The position numbers and the translations under genes are program-made. DNA of 64,000 nt from Hydrolagus colliei (taxonomy: Eukaryota), in contig CM068769.1 of NCBI GenBank assembly GCA_035084275.1, positions 2,170,001-2,234,000 on the forward strand. The letters run 5' to 3'. The notes below the pieces were generated by a model, which was not told where the DNA came from, searched no databases, and saw nothing but the letters and a program-made list of their open reading frames with translations. Below are positions 59,346 through 64,000 of this stretch, one piece after another (position 1 is the first letter of the stretch; the number at the start of each line of letters is the position of its first letter).

Positions 59346-60309
59346 TTATAGATTCGTAATGCATGTGTTTCCATCTGGAATTGATCTTATCTGTAAACTG
59401 TTTCCCTAGTACTGAAGGTGATCAACGAATTTAAACCATTTTTATTCTTGTTTTTTCCCCATAAATTTATAATTTCTCAAAAGTATTTATTGATGTTGCT
59501 GTGTCTGTGCTTGTGAAAGCAAAGCTTGTAGCACATTGTCTATTTCTGTGCTCTGTTTCCTGTGAATGTGCTACGTGTGGCTTTCTCCAGCAATGCCAGT
59601 AAGTGCGAGATTAATCGTTTTAGTTTCTATACACTTTCCGATACGGCTGAAATATTTTCCATGTCATCATGTTTTATGGCAGTGGCTTGACATCGAATTG
59701 GTCAGTTAGTGAACAGCGAACAACTCAACTTATATTTTTATTTTATATTATATATCACATTTATATTATATATTTTTTATTCGTGTTACATTTTTTAACT
59801 TCATGGATCAGTCCGCTGTTAATATTTCCGTTGCCAGCTTCCACAACTAACAATCGATTAAAATCTCTATGTGTTCAGCACTGTTGGTGGAATACAATTG
59901 ACATTATTTTGTCACTGATAATGTGTGCTTATCTGGGCGCAATCTCGTGGACACTTCATGTTATTAAAAGAAAGTTTGTAAATGATAATAAATAATCCTT
60001 GTATTTTCATATAGCGCTTCTCACATCTTTTCGATGGCTCAAAGGGCTTCACATAATATGCTGTAAATTGAATTGACTTTATATGTTTTTGGGCGAAACG
60101 CTGCAGCCGATTACGTTGAGCAGTGTCGCACAAACAGTCGTGGATTGAAATGACCAATTTTGTTATTCAAGTTATTTTGGATGGTTTATTGTTAGACGTA
60201 TGGAGTAAGGATACTTGACTATGGTTTCACCCTGATCTGCACGGATTCGAACACTGGTCTCACGCTTGTACGGCGAGTGATCAAACCAGTAAGTTTGACA
60301 ACGGTGATA

Positions 60310-61635
60310 GGGAACATTCTAGAATAATTAATTAAGGATGTCGTAATGGGTTACTTAGTGGTTCCCAATATAATTAGACAAAGTCAACATTGTTTTACAA
60401 AAGTAAAAATGATGCTTGACAAATCTTTCAGATATTTTTGAGCATGTATCGGGTAGATTATTCAGATGTGAAGGTGTATTTGGATTTCCAACAGCCATTC
60501 GATAAAGTACTGTGGTTGATGCAAAACATAGGGGCCCATGAAATTGGAGGAAATATATTAAAATGGATTGAAGTATGGCTGACAGGAAGAAAACAAAGAG
60601 TATGTATCAACGGATTTTTCTCAAGTTGGCGGGATGTTACTCGTGGAGTGCCACGTGGATCAGTGCTTGGGACTCAACCATTTAGAATCTGCATCAACGA
60701 TCTAGATGAGGACAACAAACTTACAATATTCAAATTCGCGGATGACACTAAATTTAGAGGGAGATTAAACACCGAAAATACTTTTTATTAAAATGCAGCG
60801 CGATATAGATTGTCTAGGTGAATGGGTAGGTACGCGGCATATGAAATATAATGCAGGGACGCGTGATGTCGTCCACCAAGTCGGTAAAACCGTAGATAGA
60901 TTATTCTTCAGATTGGGAGAGACTAAATGGTGTTAGCGTCCAGAGGGACTTGGTTATCCTTGTACTCCAGTCATAAACTGTTAGTTTTCGGGTACAGCAA
61001 GCAGACAGGAAAACTAGCAGTATTTCCCGTTCATTATATACGGTTTATAATATAAGAGTATAGAAGGCTTGCTGCAGCTTTATAGGGAGCTGGTGAAATC
61101 GTACCTGGAATACTGTGTCCAGTTTTCGTGACCCTATTTAATAAAGGATATACTTGCCCTGGGGTGGTAGAACGTAGGTTCAGTTGATTGTTACTTTGAA
61201 TGAGGGGAATGTGTTACGAGGATAAGATGAGCAACCTAGGCCTATGGTCTCCAGTATATAGAAGAATTATAGGTGATCACACAGAAACATATACGATTAT
61301 TAAGGGGCAAGACAAAGTAGATAGTGTAAGAATGTGTGTCCTGGTTGGAGAAACTGTAATCAGCGATCACGTTCTGAAGATTAGGAGTCAGCCCTTTCAT
61401 ACTGAGTTCAGAAAATAAATCGACACTCAGAGTGCAATGAATTTATGGAATTCTCTACCCTAAATAGCTGTAGACGCTCAGTCCTTGAACATGTTCAAGA
61501 CTGAGATTGATAGATTTCTTATGGAATAAGGAATCAAAGGATATGTTGATAAGGTGACGATCTTATTGAATGATGGTGAAGGCTCGAGCGGCCGAATGGC
61601 CTACTGCTGTTCCTAACACTTATGTTCTTGTGTTC
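60310..61635 (+). mobile_element. Degraded CR1-clade LINE (RT domain)
   Basis: ORF 60438-60791: YLDFQQPFDKV...WLTGRKQRV...GVPRGSVLG...FKFADDTK; 3' end TATGTTCTTGTGTTCT. Confidence 0.9.
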
Positions 61636-62797
61636 TAACCATTGAGCTTTAGAAGCTCCAATGAGCTTGTTCATTTTACACCTATTGTTTCATTCATATA
61701 AATCTTAAAATATTTGTCGCCATTATTTTGTATTACATATATATTGTGAGTTTTCGTGCTGCGGCCTAAAAGGCACGATGCACAGATACAAACAAATAAA
61801 TGAATGCGGCTCCCATATTATATTAATCACTATTAAACTGGAGACAAACTATCTACAATGATGTACAGTACAATTATGAGAACACAGCAAGTCTCTACAT
61901 TTGCAGAGTAGCATGTCCTGGGTCAGGAAACCCCATGTTGTTCACAATCAGCCACGATTCTCCCTGAAGCTACAGGCACTGAAGATGATCACACTGACTG
62001 ACGTCACTGTGTAGTTGACAGCACTGACAGCACTGACAGAGTTGACATGCACTGTGTGACTGAGCTCCTTCTGATGTCTGTATCTGCATGTTTCAGTGCA
62101 ACATTTGGCCAAACCTTCGCCCTGCTGGGTCAATTTAAAGTCGTGACCCTGCAGTGAAGTTAGGACTGATACAAATGTTGTACAATTAATATTCAGGTTT
62201 ATAAATTTCGGTTAATAATAGTTATAATAAATTAAACGTATTCTTTCCAAAAATGCTTACATATTTACACATGGCACACAATGTGTTGATCTATGTTGAA
62301 CAAAAAAAGGGTCTGCTATGAGAGAGGTAGGGTAGTTCAGGTGGGGTGCTATACAAATGTAATATTGTTGTTGTTATTGTTTATTGGACAGTTTCTTTAC
62401 TGCGGATTAGTTAGGAGTTTCGTTTTGGAAGAAATTTTGAATAACTTTGCGAGCTGGAGGTGAATATTTGCACATGCCTGGCAAACAGTACCAGAATTAT
62501 TGTCCTTTACACGATTAGTCTACAGATAATATAATTTAAACATACATTGTATTTGCAAACTGACTTAAATGAATAGCATCTGGACCTGAAGGGCCTAACT
62601 CGTTAACAACCTGCTGTCTCCATTTATTGTAAAGTATAATGAAGTGAGAGTTTAACTGACAAGCAGATTGGAAGGGAATGTGGTTTTCTCTGAGTCTGGC
62701 TGCTGCAGTGTCTGCTCCCCGCACGCCCTCAATGCCTGACAAAGATTCAGCACATGTTTCAAACAGACATATCGTCCCCAATGTTTAATACGAAGAC

Positions 62798-62836
62798 AGT
62801 TTTTGTACGAGCCCTGCAGTGTAGTCAACCACAGTG
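62798..62836 (-). promoter_or_regulatory. 23-RSS of V13
   Basis: CACTGTG - 23 nt - ACAAAAACT. Confidence 0.88.
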
Positions 62837-63623
62837 GTGCGACTATAGGCACAGTAATACACTGCGCTGTCAGATACCAGCAGGTCAGAGATGGATAATC
62901 TTGTGGAAGAACTAGATTTCTGTAGCTGAGCAGAGAAACGGTTTCCAAATTCTGTGCCTTTGACATGATCGTTATTCTGAGAATAGCTCCGGATTACAAA
63001 CTCTGGGTGTTTGTCTGGGTAATGTCTGTACCAGAAGAGAAAGTAATAGCTATTAGCCGTGGAGTATTTGCAAACCAAATCGACAGTATCTCCTTCTTTC
63101 TTAACCACCGTGGCAGCTTTCTGACTGACAGAATCGGCGTCACAGAGCTCTGTAATAAACGAGGGAAAGCATGGCTAAACATTCATGGAATCATAGAATC
63201 TTACGGCACAAAAGGAGGCCATTCGGCCCATCGAGTCTGTGTCGGCTCTTTGAGCAGAACAATTCAATCTCACTGTTCAGGTCTCTCTCCCCATAACTGG
63301 AAAAATGTCGTCCACAATTAAACATCTACGCCTCTTTTAAAATATAATTTGCATCGGCTTCCCACACCGTTTCAGGCAATGCATTCCAGATCCCAACAAC
63401 ACGATCAATGAAAAAACGTTTCCTCAACTCCCCTCTACTTAATTTAGAAAATAGTAGTTCATCTCAATTGCGGACTGATTGCTCTGTTCTCTCAGCTACA
63501 GGTCTCCTTCCAACAATTGTTGTTGATACGGAGCTGACAATCAGCAGCGACACTGAATTAGCTCAACACAATCTCACCTGCCGTAAAGGTTCCCAGCACT
63601 AGGCAGACAGCAAACAGCCTCAT
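62837..63623 (-). CDS. TRAV: TCR alpha/delta V segment V13 (family D), apparently functional
   Basis: Leader 63578-63623 (MRLFAVCLVLGTFTA, GTGAG donor). V exon 62837-63149: LCDADSVSQ...VDLVCKYS...FLFWYRHYPDKHPEFVI...DSAVYYCAYSR. Confidence 0.95.
63180..63445 (-). mobile_element. CR1-clade LINE 3' fragment in the V13 intron
   Basis: ATCATAGAATCTTACGGCACAAAAGGAGGCCATTCGGCCC...AATGCATTCCAGAT. Confidence 0.8.
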
Positions 63624-64000
63624 TGCTGTTCCTCAGCCTTCGCTCTTGTGTCTGTGACATCAGTTTGTTGGAAACCAACAGCAATATGCATCGCTGGCAG
63701 ATCCCACAGTCCCGCGTCACCTCATTGACATCTCACACATGCTTCAACAACAGCAACGAATTGATTTTACCTCATTGACATCTCAGTTGCTTTTACATTG
63801 TGCAATACAACATTACTGTCTGTGTTATTGTGTTATTGTGGCCGGGGTGGGAGGAGTCATGGGCGGTTGGAAGGTGGGAGCAGGGAATCCTCCCACTCAG
63901 TAAACTTACAATCAAACCTGAACAATATACAGTCAATTCACTTAACCATATATATTCGAAGCGCGTTGGAACGTCGATATACTGTAAAAAGCGCTATCTT

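Noticed and set aside
61948-62133. ORF with a hydrophobic end and nearby TGACGTCA (61999-62006) as a possible extra leader or promoter
   Set aside because: No splice donor or downstream V exon found; cannot be supported.
1-64000. IgH, IgNAR, NAR-TCR or Ig-like TCR-delta V segments; D or J segments
   Set aside because: No V with IgH-type WVRQ/WIRQ framework or octamer promoter was noticed, and no 12-RSS or FGxG J motif was found at the CACAGTG occurrences checked. Alpha vs delta usage cannot be settled from this window.

Overview
Vertebrate genomic DNA, most likely from a cartilaginous fish (inferred from the V-gene style and the CR1/L2/tRNA-SINE repeats). The window is part of a translocon-type T-cell receptor alpha/delta V array. 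I find 13 V gene segments, all on the minus strand, most with a split leader exon, a V exon and a 23-bp-spacer RSS. Seven look intact: V2 5878, V3 7894, V4 10069, V5 12598, V6 14601, V8 18840 and V13 62837. Six are pseudogenes. Two orphan RSSs lack a V exon, and no D, J or C segments are visible. The array is shaped by an ~8-11 kb segmental duplication (~0.6-8.2 kb vs ~20.9-31.6 kb) and a ~2.3 kb-arm inverted duplication (21.2-26.2 kb) whose junctions fall at RSS elements. The main surprise sits in the V-free gap: a non-rearranging multi-exon gene (47190->36350, minus strand) whose exons splice into signal peptide - SRCR - two LILR/KIR-like C2 Ig domains - TM - cytoplasmic tail with two ITIMs and one ITSM. 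This is a candidate inhibitory SRCR-Ig receptor nested in the TCR locus; this copy has a 1-nt frameshift in one Ig exon and an unresolved stalk junction. Two other patterns stand out: tRNA-derived SINE heads begin about 4-7 nt beyond the RSS nonamer in two unrelated V families, and co-oriented CTCF-like motifs lie upstream of several V promoters. The long ORFs in the supplied track are mostly repeat- or promoter-derived and not real genes. V numbering (V1-V13) and family labels (A-D) are mine.
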